From assembly GCF_038396525.1 (NCBI RefSeq), contig NZ_CP147050.1: a DNA stretch of 40,000 nucleotides. One strand, given 5' to 3'. The DNA is from Escherichia coli (lineage in GTDB: Bacteria; Pseudomonadota; Gammaproteobacteria; Enterobacterales; Enterobacteriaceae). Of this stretch, positions 9,964 through 19,708 are shown piece by piece. The notes beneath the pieces are model-generated. The model was not told the DNA's origin. It did no database searches and saw only the letters and a program-made list of their open reading frames with translations. Position 1 is the stretch's first letter, and every line of letters begins with the position of its first letter. Position numbers and translations under genes: made by a program.

Positions 9964-12261
9964 TCAAATCAATCCTGCCAGATGGAACTCTTCATATAAC
10001 CGTTTTGGCGTCAGCGGCAGTGTATTGATTGCAACACCGGTAGCCATCTTCACCGCGTTACGAATAGCAGCGGCAACAGGAATTATTGGTGGCTCACCCA
10101 GTGACTTATGTCCGTATGCGGATTGCGGCTCATTGATTTCGACGAACGCGCTTTCCAGTTGTGGCAGATCCGGCATGGTCGGCATTTTGTAATCCAGCAG
10201 ATTGGGGTTACGGACCACGCCGCTTTTAGCATCGATGATCATCTCTTCAAATAGCGCCCAGCCAATGCCCATTCCCATTCCGCCGTGTACCTGACCTTCT
10301 GCCAGCAGTGGATTAAGAATATGCCCTGAATCATGAACGTTGAGGATGCGGTTGATGGTGACTTTGCACAGCGCAATATCGACCGTCAGATCAACAAAGG
10401 TACAGCCAAACGCCGGTGGGTTAGTGGTGGTTTTGATGGAGCTTTCAGCAGAGAGCTGCCCGCCGCGTTCAGGGTGGTAGAAAGCGTCCATCGCCAAATC
10501 TTTTAACGACATTAACGGCTCTTCCGGTCGTTCAACCAGCACGATATGGCCTTTTATCAGGGTCAGATTCATCGCTGACTGATGTAGCATGACTGCGGCG
10601 TGAGCGATGATTTTCTCTTTTAATAATAGTGCCGCACTGCGCAGCGCAGGCGCGGCAACATAGCTCTGGCGTGAGGCAAATGCGCCGGGATCGAACGGCG
10701 TAACGTCGGTATCTTGAGTTGAAATAACGCGAACGTCGCTGACCGGAACCCCCACGGTTTCTGCCACCATTTGCGAGAAGACGGTGTCGGCACCCTGACC
10801 GATTTCCGTCGCGCCGCTTTGCACGTTGATGGTTCCATCCTGATTCATCAGAAGGCGCGCGCCTGCTATTTCTACGCCGACAGGCCAGGTGTTAGAGGTG
10901 TAGCTAAAACAGGCGACGCCAACGCCGCGGCGCAAATTGCCTTGCTGGTTCTGGCATTCTGCACGGCGTTTTTCCCATTCAAAGATTTTCCGGCCTTTTT
11001 CAAGACACTCCGGCAACCCTGCGCTGTAAATACGTTTGCCCGTGAGCGGATTAGCATCTCCTTCGCGGGCGGCGTTGCGTAAACGAATTTCAACAGGATC
11101 AATACCTAACGCTGTCGCGGCGTCATCAAGCATAGACTCAACGGCAAATACGACTTGTGGCGCGCCATAACCACGCATCGCACCAGCCGAGGGGAGGTTG
11201 GTATAGCAGGTCTTTGAACTGTAAGCGTAGGCACAACGAGGATAAAGGTAAGCGACTTTATTCCCCCCCGCAGAAGCGATGGAGTGCCCGTGAGATGCAT
11301 AAGCGCCGGTGTTAGACAGAACATCCAGACTATAACCTTTCAATGTTCCGTCGCGGTTCACGCCCATTTGCCCGTCAATGGTAAAAGCGTGGCGGGTACG
11401 GGTTGCGAGGAAACACTCTTCACGGCTAAGGGAAACTTTCACCGGAATGCCGCCAAGCTTGCTGGTCAGGAATGCCGCCATTGGCTCTTCCAGTACATCC
11501 TGTTTATTACCAAAACCGCCACCGACAAATGGTTTGATGACTCGTACGCATGACCAGGGAATATCCAGCGCCTGACCAACCACGCGGCGAACAATGTGCG
11601 GGATCTGGGTGCTGGAAACGATGGTAATTCGCGAGTCATCCTCCATCCACGCCAGCGATGTTACGCTTTCCATGTGACAATGTTGAATAACGGGGGTCTG
11701 ATAGTGCCCCTGTACCTGGTAGTCGGCGGCATCGATTGTTTGTTGGACATTACCCGTCGACATCGTGCTTTGTTTCAGTAAATTGCCACCGTTATGGATT
11801 GGTGCAGCGTCTTCTGCCAGCGCCGCTTCTGGCGTGGTGATAACGGGTAATTCTTGCCACTCAATGCTGACCAATTGCGCCGCTTTTTCTGCCGTGAGTT
11901 CATCGCGGGCCACGACGATGGCAACGGCGTCACCATGATGACGAACATGGCGAGTTAGCAGTGCGCGATCGGCGGTATCGCGCTTGTTTTCGTCAAGTGT
12001 CCAGGCATGCCCAGCTGTAGCGAATGGAATATCAGGCACATCTTCCCAGGTAAAAATCGCCAGTACGCCCGGCAAACTTCTGGCTTGTTCATCATTAATA
12101 CTTACGGCATAACCATGTGCGATAGGGCTACGTACATATTTCGCATAACACATGCCCGCCATAACATAATCGTCAGTATATCGTGCCCGCCCGGTGACCT
12201 TAGCAATGGCATCGACGCGCATGCATGATTCACCCGTAGCGGTTGCTTCCCGCGCTTCCAT
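9964..12261 (-). CDS. xdhA: Molybdenum-binding subunit of xanthine dehydrogenase-type enzyme
   Basis: Up to 765 aa. The usual annotated start is M14 (12222); M1 at 12261 has a better Shine-Dalgarno (GAGGGG) and adds residues fitting the family N-terminal motif. Confidence 0.93.
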   Translation of the reverse strand: MEAREATATGESCMRVDAIAKVTGRARYTDDYVMAGMCYAKYVRSPIAHGYAVSINDEQARSLPGVLAIFTWEDVPDIPFATAGHAWTLDENKRDTADRALLTRHVRHHGDAVAIVVARDELTAEKAAQLVSIEWQELPVITTPEAALAEDAAPIHNGGNLLKQSTMSTGNVQQTIDAADYQVQGHYQTPVIQHCHMESVTSLAWMEDDSRITIVSSTQIPHIVRRVVGQALDIPWSCVRVIKPFVGGGFGNKQDVLEEPMAAFLTSKLGGIPVKVSLSREECFLATRTRHAFTIDGQMGVNRDGTLKGYSLDVLSNTGAYASHGHSIASAGGNKVAYLYPRCAYAYSSKTCYTNLPSAGAMRGYGAPQVVFAVESMLDDAATALGIDPVEIRLRNAAREGDANPLTGKRIYSAGLPECLEKGRKIFEWEKRRAECQNQQGNLRRGVGVACFSYTSNTWPVGVEIAGARLLMNQDGTINVQSGATEIGQGADTVFSQMVAETVGVPVSDVRVISTQDTDVTPFDPGAFASRQSYVAAPALRSAALLLKEKIIAHAAVMLHQSAMNLTLIKGHIVLVERPEEPLMSLKDLAMDAFYHPERGGQLSAESSIKTTTNPPAFGCTFVDLTVDIALCKVTINRILNVHDSGHILNPLLAEGQVHGGMGMGIGWALFEEMIIDAKSGVVRNPNLLDYKMPTMPDLPQLESAFVEINEPQSAYGHKSLGEPPIIPVAAAIRNAVKMATGVAINTLPLTPKRLYEEFHLAGLI

Positions 12262-12317
12262 AGAAATCCCCTCGATTTGAACATTTGGTTCTTATGGCAA
12301 AGATTTAGTCTAAGCAG

Positions 12318-12332
12318 GCAAGATTTACGCCA
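12318..12332 (-). promoter_or_regulatory. Candidate sigma54 -24/-12 promoter of xdhABC
   Basis: Minus strand reads TGGCGT-AAATC-TTGC with correct -24/-12 spacing, 57 bp upstream of the long xdhA start. Confidence 0.6.
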
Positions 12333-12675
12333 GAAACGACGATAAGCGTTAGGGGAGGTAGGAAGTGTGATGACGTTAAAAAAACACAGATATGATACGA
12401 AACAGGACTCTGAATAGGGGCAGTGATACGTATCAATATGAGTGGCGATAAAATCAATGTGATAAATTGGGATTATTACGCATCAGGATGGGAAATAGGG
12501 TAAAAAGTCAGGAAGTTCGATACCTCTACAGCGAATATTTTGCTGATGATACTTCCCTTTGCCAAATGAAATTAACCTCTTTCTCTATTACCACGTTTTT
12601 CCAGAAGCAAGAGATTGGGTATCAAGAGGCTGGCTGCTATGATAAGGCGTCTTGTTTTTTAAGCGAGGAAAGATT

Positions 12676-13431
12676 TTGAGTGCGGGACGCCTGAATAAAA
12701 AATCTCTGGGTATCGTGATGTTGTTATCGGTTGGACTGCTTTTGGCGGGCTGTTCGGGTAGCAAATCATCCGATACAGGAACGTATTCCGGCTCCGTTTA
12801 CACCGTGAAACGGGGGGATACGCTATATCGTATTTCGCGCACCACGGGAACCAGCGTAAAAGAACTGGCGCGACTGAACGGCATTTCCCCCCCTTACACC
12901 ATTGAAGTTGGTCAGAAACTAAAACTGGGTGGGGCGAAAAGTAGCAGTATTACACGTAAATCAACCGCCAAATCAACGACCAAAACCGCATCGGTTACAC
13001 CGTCATCAGCGGTACCGAAATCATCCTGGCCGCCAGTAGGGCAACGTTGTTGGTTATGGCCAACGACAGGGAAAGTTATCATGCCGTATTCGACAGCAGA
13101 TGGCGGCAATAAAGGGATTGATATCTCAGCTCCACGGGGTACACCTATTTACGCCGCGGGTGCAGGAAAGGTGGTGTATGTGGGCAACCAGCTGCGTGGC
13201 TACGGTAATCTCATCATGATTAAACACAGTGAAGATTACATTACGGCTTACGCCCATAATGACACGATGCTGGTAAATAATGGGCAAAGCGTGAAGGCTG
13301 GGCAAAAAATCGCCACTATGGGGAGCACGGATGCGGCATCTGTTCGCCTGCATTTCCAGATTCGTTACCGTGCAACGGCAATTGATCCGCTACGTTACTT
13401 GCCGCCTCAGGGCAGCAAGCCAAAATGCTGA
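12676..13431 (+). CDS. ygeR: LysM plus LytM/M23-domain lipoprotein with a degenerate catalytic site, probable amidase activator
   Basis: TTG start giving 251 aa; lipobox LLLAGC; LysM 'YTVKRGDTLYRIS'; M23 core retained but with the zinc ligand changed (GGNKGID). Confidence 0.9.
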   Translation: MSAGRLNKKSLGIVMLLSVGLLLAGCSGSKSSDTGTYSGSVYTVKRGDTLYRISRTTGTSVKELARLNGISPPYTIEVGQKLKLGGAKSSSITRKSTAKSTTKTASVTPSSAVPKSSWPPVGQRCWLWPTTGKVIMPYSTADGGNKGIDISAPRGTPIYAAGAGKVVYVGNQLRGYGNLIMIKHSEDYITAYAHNDTMLVNNGQSVKAGQKIATMGSTDAASVRLHFQIRYRATAIDPLRYLPPQGSKPKC

Positions 13432-13509
13432 TGGCGAATTAATCAGCAGTCAGCAGCGTGGCACTTGCTAAGGAGAGCGTAAGGTTTATAATGCCTTACG
13501 CATCTCGAA

Positions 13510-13583
13510 GCGGGCGTAGTTCAATGGTAGAACGAGAGCTTCCCAAGCTCTATACGAGGGTTCGATTCCCTTCGCCCGCTCCA
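13510..13583 (+). tRNA. glyU: tRNA-Gly, anticodon CCC
   Basis: 74 nt GCGGGCGTAGTTCAATGGTAGAACGAGAGCTTCCCAAGCTCTATACGAGGGTTCGATTCCCTTCGCCCGCTCCA; cloverleaf arms and encoded CCA present. Confidence 0.97.
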
Positions 13584-13717
13584 TGACCTTTCTTAAAGTA
13601 CTCCAACCTACTGAATCCTAAGGGATACGGCTTTAAGCCTTCCGCTAGTTTTACTCACTGTAACCAACACTGTAACTAAATTTGTTGAAATAGTGAGCAG
13701 ACTTAAGATCTCAGTAC

Positions 13718-14911
13718 ATGCTCAACTCAAAAACCTATCTTTATCAGCGCAATGGCGTCTTTTATATCCGCCTCAGGATGAAGTCCACAGATCGCCTGAC
13801 CGTTTCACATCCTTCCCATAGCCGTTATAAAATAGCGTCAGTATCACTACGGACTAAGGATAGACGTACAGCTATGGCTTACTCACGGCAAATCAAGGCA
13901 GCACTTAGGGCAATCCATGCAGACAGACCCAACGCCTCCTATGAGGAAATGAGGGAACACCTGAGGGACATCGCAGAGTGGGAGTTGTCTACAGGTCGTT
14001 CAGACCTCTTCGAGCCAGATATGAGAGATCTATACCGTGACCAGTATGGGGAAGTGGGAGAGAATCTTGTCCATGCTCTGGCAAGCGAGCCACTGACTAT
14101 TGACCAGCATCGCTATATTAATGAGGCTCTTAATGTACTCAAGGCCTGCATGAAGCGCATTGAAGCGGGAGATAGCCAGCCACTTATAGATTATATAGAT
14201 GGATTTGATGCTGCTGCTGGGGCTAATGGCCAAGCCTCTGCAACTCTATCTGTTAGTGCTCCCCAAAAAACAAGCATTACTGAAGGCAAACACTGCGTAA
14301 CCGTTGCTTCTCTCTTTGAGCAGTACGAGCAGGAAAACGCCCAGAACTGGAAGCCAGCAACATTACGAGAAAACAAAGCTTCTCATGCTGCGTTAATCGA
14401 AGTTTTTGATTATCTGGGCCTCAATGCTGACGCCAATGTGTTAGCTCGTGCGGATATGCTTAGGGTTCGGGATATCCTCCAGCAATTGCCGAAGAATCGT
14501 AAGCAGCGTTTCAAAGATGTTCCGTTGGTTGACCTGCTAGGTCGTGAGGATAAAACCGATTGTCTGGATATTGTTACCATCAATAATAAATATCTCATTA
14601 AGATGGCGGCTGTTTTCAAGTGGGCCGTGCGTAATGACCTGATTAAAAAGAATATGACAGAAGGGCTAGAGCTTAAGGTTCCCCAGCGTAAAGCCTCTGA
14701 GGCGCGTAATGCTTTCTCTACGGAGCAGGTAGGACAACTACTGGCTGCCGCCCAAGTTTACTCACAGAGACCTTCTGGTAAGCCGTATCATTATTATGTT
14801 ACCGCCTTGGCTGCTATCACTGGGGCGAGACTCAATGAAATAGCCCAACTACAGGTCAAAGACGTCAGGACCACTGAGGCGGGAACCGTTTATATTCATA
14901 TCAATGAAGAC
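13718..14911 (+). pseudogene. P4-like tyrosine recombinase (integrase), 3'-truncated by IS1
   Basis: ORF begins 135 nt after tRNA-Gly; contains 'AITGARLNEIAQL' (catalytic Arg box), but the frame enters IS1 after '...YIHINED' and lacks the C-terminal HxxR and Tyr region. Confidence 0.9.
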
Positions 14912-14966
14912 GGTGATGCTGCCAACTTACTGATTTAGTGTATGATGGTGTTTTTGAGGTGCTCCA

Positions 14967-15242
14967 GTGGCTTCTGTTTCTATCAGCTGTCCCTCCTGTT
15001 CAGCTACTGACGGGGTGGTGCGTAACGGCAAAAGCACCGCCGGACATCAGCGCTATCTCTGCTCTCACTGCCGTAAAACATGGCAACTGCAGTTCACTTA
15101 CACCGCTTCTCAACCCGGTACGCACCAGAAAATCATTGATATGGCCATGAATGGCGTTGGATGCCGGGCAACAGCCCGCATTATGGGCGTTGGCCTCAAC
15201 ACGATTTTACGTCACTTAAAAAACTCAGGCCGCAGTCGGTAA
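14967..15242 (+). CDS. insA: IS1 protein InsA
   Basis: 91 aa [23 protein letters not shown]..., zinc finger CPSC/CSHC. Confidence 0.97.
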
Positions 15243-15664
15243 CCTCGCGCATACAGCCGGGCAGTGACGTCATCGTCTGCGCGGAAATGGACGAACAGTG
15301 GGGCTATGTCGGGGCTAAATCGCGCCAGCGCTGGCTGTTTTACGCGTATGACAGGCTCCGGAAGACGGTTGTTGCGCACGTATTCGGTGAACGCACTATG
15401 GCGACGCTGGGGCGTCTTATGAGCCTGCTGTCACCCTTTGACGTGGTGATATGGATGACGGATGGCTGGCCGCTGTATGAATCCCGCCTGAAGGGAAAGC
15501 TGCACGTAATCAGCAAGCGATATACGCAGCGAATTGAGCGGCATAACCTGAATCTGAGGCAGCACCTGGCACGGCTGGGACGGAAGTCGCTGTCGTTCTC
15601 AAAATCGGTGGAGCTGCATGACAAAGTCATCGGGCATTATCTGAACATAAAACACTATCAATAA
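15161..15664 (+). CDS. insB: IS1 InsB region, expressed as InsAB' transposase by -1 frameshift at AAAAAAC (15218-15224)
   Basis: 167 aa [22 protein letters not shown]...; slippery heptamer visible near the end of insA. Confidence 0.95.
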
Positions 15665-15679
15665 GTTGGAGTCATTACC

Positions 15680-16158
15680 CCCTTGATAAGCTTGTTGAGC
15701 TCAGAACTAGAAAAAAAAGAATAAACATGATAAACGATCTGAAGAGTATATTGTTAAAATCCTCAGAGGAAGTTGATGTTTTTATCAAAATTTTTGAAAG
15801 TTGGAGAAAAAAATTACCGGCAATATCAGGTCCTGTAAATCTCTATATACCTACCAGTTTCAAAGATAAGTATCTTGAAGTAGAGTCATATTTTGTCGAC
15901 AAATCAATATGGAATGTCCATATTACATTTCATGATGATAAGCGTTTTGTGTTTTTTACCGATCAATTTATTGCTGAATTTAGTCCGCAGGAATTTGTGG
16001 ATAATTGTGAGCAATATTTAATTAATAATCATTGTTTCTCCCCTGACAAGGTTAACGAAATCTGCGAACAAGCCAGACATTATTTAGTTGAAAAAATGTT
16101 TGAAACACATTCTTTGGATATGAATAATTCTGTTTTGGCAAGCCCTGAGGACTTATAG
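15680..16158 (+). pseudogene. 5'-truncated T3SS protein, possibly a SctL/OrgB-like stator C-terminus (143 aa from first ATG at 15727)
   Basis: The frame is open without a stop from the IS1 junction into the ATG: LDKLVELRTRKKRIN-MINDLKSILLKSSEEVD.... Charged helical stretch followed by an alpha/beta domain; located next to ygeK. Confidence 0.5.
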
Positions 16159-16376
16159 CTCACTGGCTCAGGTTTAATGATTTGAATATAATCTAATTGT
16201 AATATTTTAATCATCTCATTATTTTTTAATGCCTGTGGTATTTTTTTACGCAAAAATTTTATTTTTAATTATATTTCATTATTATTTCATCAATGTATTC
16301 TTTGGATTTTGCTTATAATAATGGAAGGGATGATTATAAATGAATGCGTTAAAGCATTTACACTCAGGATGAATAT

Positions 16377-17009
16377 ATGGGAAAAATTAAAATTGTAGTT
16401 TCAGATCAGCAGCCGTTTATGATTGATGGGATAATTGGATTTCTCGGACATTATCCTGATTTATATGAGGTTGTTGGGGGCTATAAAGATCTGAAGAAAG
16501 CTATAGCGGAGTGTAACAAATCTACAGCCCAAATATTTATTTTAGGAGAATTTGCAGGTGGAATGATGGGGTCCGAACTCGTAAAATGGGTTAAATCGCA
16601 TAAGATAGATGCTCATATTATTACATTTGTAGCAAAGATGCCGTATATTGATTCAATAAAATTGCTTGAAGCAGGTGCGAAAGGATGCGTATGGAAAACC
16701 AGTCACCCGGCGAAACTAAATCGTGCTATTGATTCGATTAGTAATGGTTACACTTATTTTGATAGTGTACATATGGATTGTGAAAAAATATCTTCCAGGT
16801 ATTCCTCTGATAATCAACTTACAAATCGTGAGTCAGAAATATTACAACTCATAGCTGATGGTAAAACAAACAAAGAAATCGCTAATTTCTTGCAGTTAAG
16901 CAGGAAAACAGTCGAAACTCATAGACTCAATATCATGAAGAAATTAGATGTTCACAGTGGTATCGAGTTGATCAAAACAGCTTTACGTATGGGTGTTTGC
17001 ACTATATAA
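16377..17009 (+). CDS. ygeK: LuxR/NarL-family response regulator-like protein with an atypical receiver
   Basis: 210 aa; C-terminal '[43 protein letters not shown]' HTH; receiver has ILGE in place of xxLD. Confidence 0.88.
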   Translation: MGKIKIVVSDQQPFMIDGIIGFLGHYPDLYEVVGGYKDLKKAIAECNKSTAQIFILGEFAGGMMGSELVKWVKSHKIDAHIITFVAKMPYIDSIKLLEAGAKGCVWKTSHPAKLNRAIDSISNGYTYFDSVHMDCEKISSRYSSDNQLTNRESEILQLIADGKTNKEIANFLQLSRKTVETHRLNIMKKLDVHSGIELIKTALRMGVCTI

Positions 17010-17053
17010 AAAAAAGAGGCTTTAGGCTCATTTTGCTGAAGCCTTACGATTGT

Positions 17054-17529
17054 CTAGTTCATTAAGCCTGGTATATACAATATATATTTTGGGGCATATT
17101 GCTGTCTCTTTTTTTGGTTATCCATTGCAAAACCCGCATTATAAGTCCCCAGGCATTGCCACGTTACTCCACAACGTGAAAAATGGTTATATAAAATCTC
17201 GGTTCCTATTTTAATGTTCAGACAAGGGTTATCTAACAAATCTCGTTCATCTTTTATTATTCCACGTTTTTTTAACAGGGGAATATGCATCTGGTTTATC
17301 TGCATTAACCCATAATCTAAACTCTTTATATTGTTATTCTTATCTCTGTTCTTGCCTATGCTATCCTTTTTTAGATTGCTTTCAACAAGAGCGATAGCTT
17401 TAATTAAATTTGGTTCGATTCTGAACATTGTTCCTGCTTCATTAGAGCAAGAGTTGCTGGCGAAAGACTGTTTGTAATAAATATACAAAACGTGAAGATG
17501 GTTAAGAATTTAACTTTTGGTGAGTGCAT
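17054..17529 (-). pseudogene. pbl: Lytic transglycosylase of IagB/Pbl type, signal peptide and catalytic domain in different frames
   Basis: ORF 17054-17488 (TTG start) has 'IKAIALVESNL...DYGLMQINQMH...TWQCLGTYNAG'; upstream in another frame reads MHSPKVKFLTIFTFCIFITNSLS. Confidence 0.75.
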
Positions 17530-17611
17530 ATTTTTTCATGTGTGAGGATTGAATGAAAGGAACGAGATACTATTATAAAAGTATCTCGTTATGATTTATT
17601 TGGTCAATCGT

Positions 17612-17830
17612 CTACCATTCAATTTTATAGTAAGGTGAGATAGGATTATCTTCTGAATACATATCATTTTGAAAAGACGCCATCCATGTTGAAACTATAA
17701 ATGCTTGTATTTGATCTGTATCAGTAGCACTGGTGTTGATGTGTTTATCTAATGATACGACTTCATCACCCGTTGCATTCGCTATATTTGAACTTTGAGA
17801 TAAATTATTGATACCGATTGGATTAGTCAT
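17612..17830 (-). CDS. ygeI: Small protein of unknown function in ETT2
   Basis: 72 aa from MTNPIGINNLSQSSNIANATG...; recalled as the K-12 YgeI product. Confidence 0.75.
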   Translation of the reverse strand: MTNPIGINNLSQSSNIANATGDEVVSLDKHINTSATDTDQIQAFIVSTWMASFQNDMYSEDNPISPYYKIEW

Positions 17831-17997
17831 AAAGCTCCCTTTTTTAATTGTCCAGGCCAATGGTCTTTACATCATACTTTTAACTCTAGAGCATTTTAAA
17901 TACCTTGCAATAAGGTGAATATCTTAGATATTTTTATCTCTGTTGTTTAAATAACAAGTTGCATACATCTAAATAATAAAATTGCGTCAATAAAAAT

Positions 17998-19374
17998 TTA
18001 TCGCATACAAATTCTCGTCAGCTGCTTTAATTTCAAAATGTTGTCAATTATAACTCGATGGCTTTCACTCTCAGTTTCTTTATAGTAGAGTTTAATGTTG
18101 TTTTTGAGCGGGTTAGGCACATACATATCTACACATTCTTTTATCACAACTGCTTTTCGTCTTCTGGGTTCGAGTTGTAGTGATTTGTCTATACAAATCC
18201 TTGCCTCTTCAATTTTTTCATTATGAAAGTGGACTAGTGCCCTATAGTAGTAGAGAGAGGCTATATCAGTTGAGTGTATCTTAGCCTGTTCAAATAAGAT
18301 ATGAGATACTTTTGCTTGTCCAGACAGACCAGTTATCAGTCCCATAATAGCTAAAATTTTTCCATCGACAGTGGTTATGTCTGATACATAATCTAAAAGC
18401 TCTAATGCTTTTTGAGCAGCAAGTTCAAGTTCACTTTTTCCATGAAGTGCCAAAGACATATGGCATTCCGCTAGAAGGCAATAACATTCTGTTTTTAGCG
18501 TCTGTATATCACTTTTATTTTGTAATCTATCAAATATAGTCATGGCCCTGTAAATGCTTTCAGGGGTGAAGTCGTAAAGTTCTTTCTTTCCGGCTAACAT
18601 TTCATCTGATAAATAATGATTCTTATATCCTTGGTCCTGCTTAGCTAATCTTACAGATCGTTCTGGTTTATGTACCGTTTGAAGGATATTATCTATAATA
18701 AATTGTGATGTATTATGTAGTTCATCAACAGGGAGATGATTACTGGCGATGAGGAAAAGGTTTTTAGCGTCGATCAACTCAATGTATAAAGTGTTCACTG
18801 CATTATTCTGGTTTATTCTTCCTGTAACGAAATAATCTGGCTTGAATCTGCTCAAGAATGAATTTTGAGATATGTGATCATTACAAAAATTTGTCGCAGC
18901 CATCGGATAGGTATAGAGACCATCGATTTTTTTATTTGAAATGATTTGCACTAATTCCTGATTAAGTATTAATGGATCCAGTGTATTCAATGAAGTAGTG
19001 AAAGGGAATATAGCTATGAAATAGTCTGAAGTATTATCTTCATTAATTTTAGTTTTGAAAACCTGCCCGCTGAAACGATAACCTTTCCGGTAGATTGTTT
19101 CTATGCAACGATCATAGCCAATTTTTTCAAAAATGCAGCGCAAAGAATAGATACATCTTGTCAGGGACTCGTCACTAACAATAATATTTTTCCATACTGA
19201 TTCGATGATCATATCTTTCAGTACAACATGACCAGCGGATTCAAGTAATACTATTAATACACCTAACTCTTTCTGTGGAATATAAACTTGCTCATTTCCT
19301 TGAGTAAGAATTCCATCTTCCGTGAGCGTTAATCCCTCAAGAAAATGATATGAGAATTTATTTTCTAAGTCCAT
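17998..19374 (-). CDS. ygeH: HilA-like transcriptional regulator: winged-helix DNA-binding domain plus TPR-like C-terminus
   Basis: 458 aa; N-terminal OmpR/ToxR-type wHTH ('[31 protein letters not shown]') and C-terminal helical repeats. Confidence 0.92.
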   Translation of the reverse strand: MDLENKFSYHFLEGLTLTEDGILTQGNEQVYIPQKELGVLIVLLESAGHVVLKDMIIESVWKNIIVSDESLTRCIYSLRCIFEKIGYDRCIETIYRKGYRFSGQVFKTKINEDNTSDYFIAIFPFTTSLNTLDPLILNQELVQIISNKKIDGLYTYPMAATNFCNDHISQNSFLSRFKPDYFVTGRINQNNAVNTLYIELIDAKNLFLIASNHLPVDELHNTSQFIIDNILQTVHKPERSVRLAKQDQGYKNHYLSDEMLAGKKELYDFTPESIYRAMTIFDRLQNKSDIQTLKTECYCLLAECHMSLALHGKSELELAAQKALELLDYVSDITTVDGKILAIMGLITGLSGQAKVSHILFEQAKIHSTDIASLYYYRALVHFHNEKIEEARICIDKSLQLEPRRRKAVVIKECVDMYVPNPLKNNIKLYYKETESESHRVIIDNILKLKQLTRICMR

Positions 19375-19708
19375 TAGTTAACCTCTATGAAAAAATTGGT
19401 TTCTTGCATCCTGCTTAAGCAATAGAAATTATGGCTATTCATATTTATGTGTCATTAATGCTACAGGAAATTACATTCGACATATCTATGGTTGTGTTCA
19501 CTAATTTATCTTAGGAATTCAGTGATGTAATCTGAAATAACCTTATTCAATTTTTATAAAGTAGATTGTTCTCTAACGCATTGAAAAATAATGATTTATA
19601 GTATGCTCTTAACTGTTTTAAGATGCTGATTTAAGAAAACATAATAGGTGCTGGTTATAGTGGTTAACTGCACTATAACCAGCAAATTTAACCAAATGAT
19701 TGTAATGC

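Larger units (their letters stand above)
14912..15679 (+). mobile_element. IS1: IS1 family insertion sequence, full length 768 bp
   Basis: Ends GGTGATGCTGCCAACTTACTGAT...ATAAGTTGGAGTCATTACC form the IS1 terminal inverted repeats; insA and insB lie at canonical offsets. No 9-bp target duplication flanks it. Confidence 0.97.

Noticed and set aside
12467-12679. 70 aa plus-strand ORF between xdhA and ygeR
   Set aside because: Overlaps the ygeR start, no homology recognised and weak translation signals; more likely 5' region of ygeR.
18040-19374. ygeH considered as a truncated pseudogene because the island is decayed
   Set aside because: The ORF is an uninterrupted 458 aa with intact wHTH and TPR-like region; no lesion seen.
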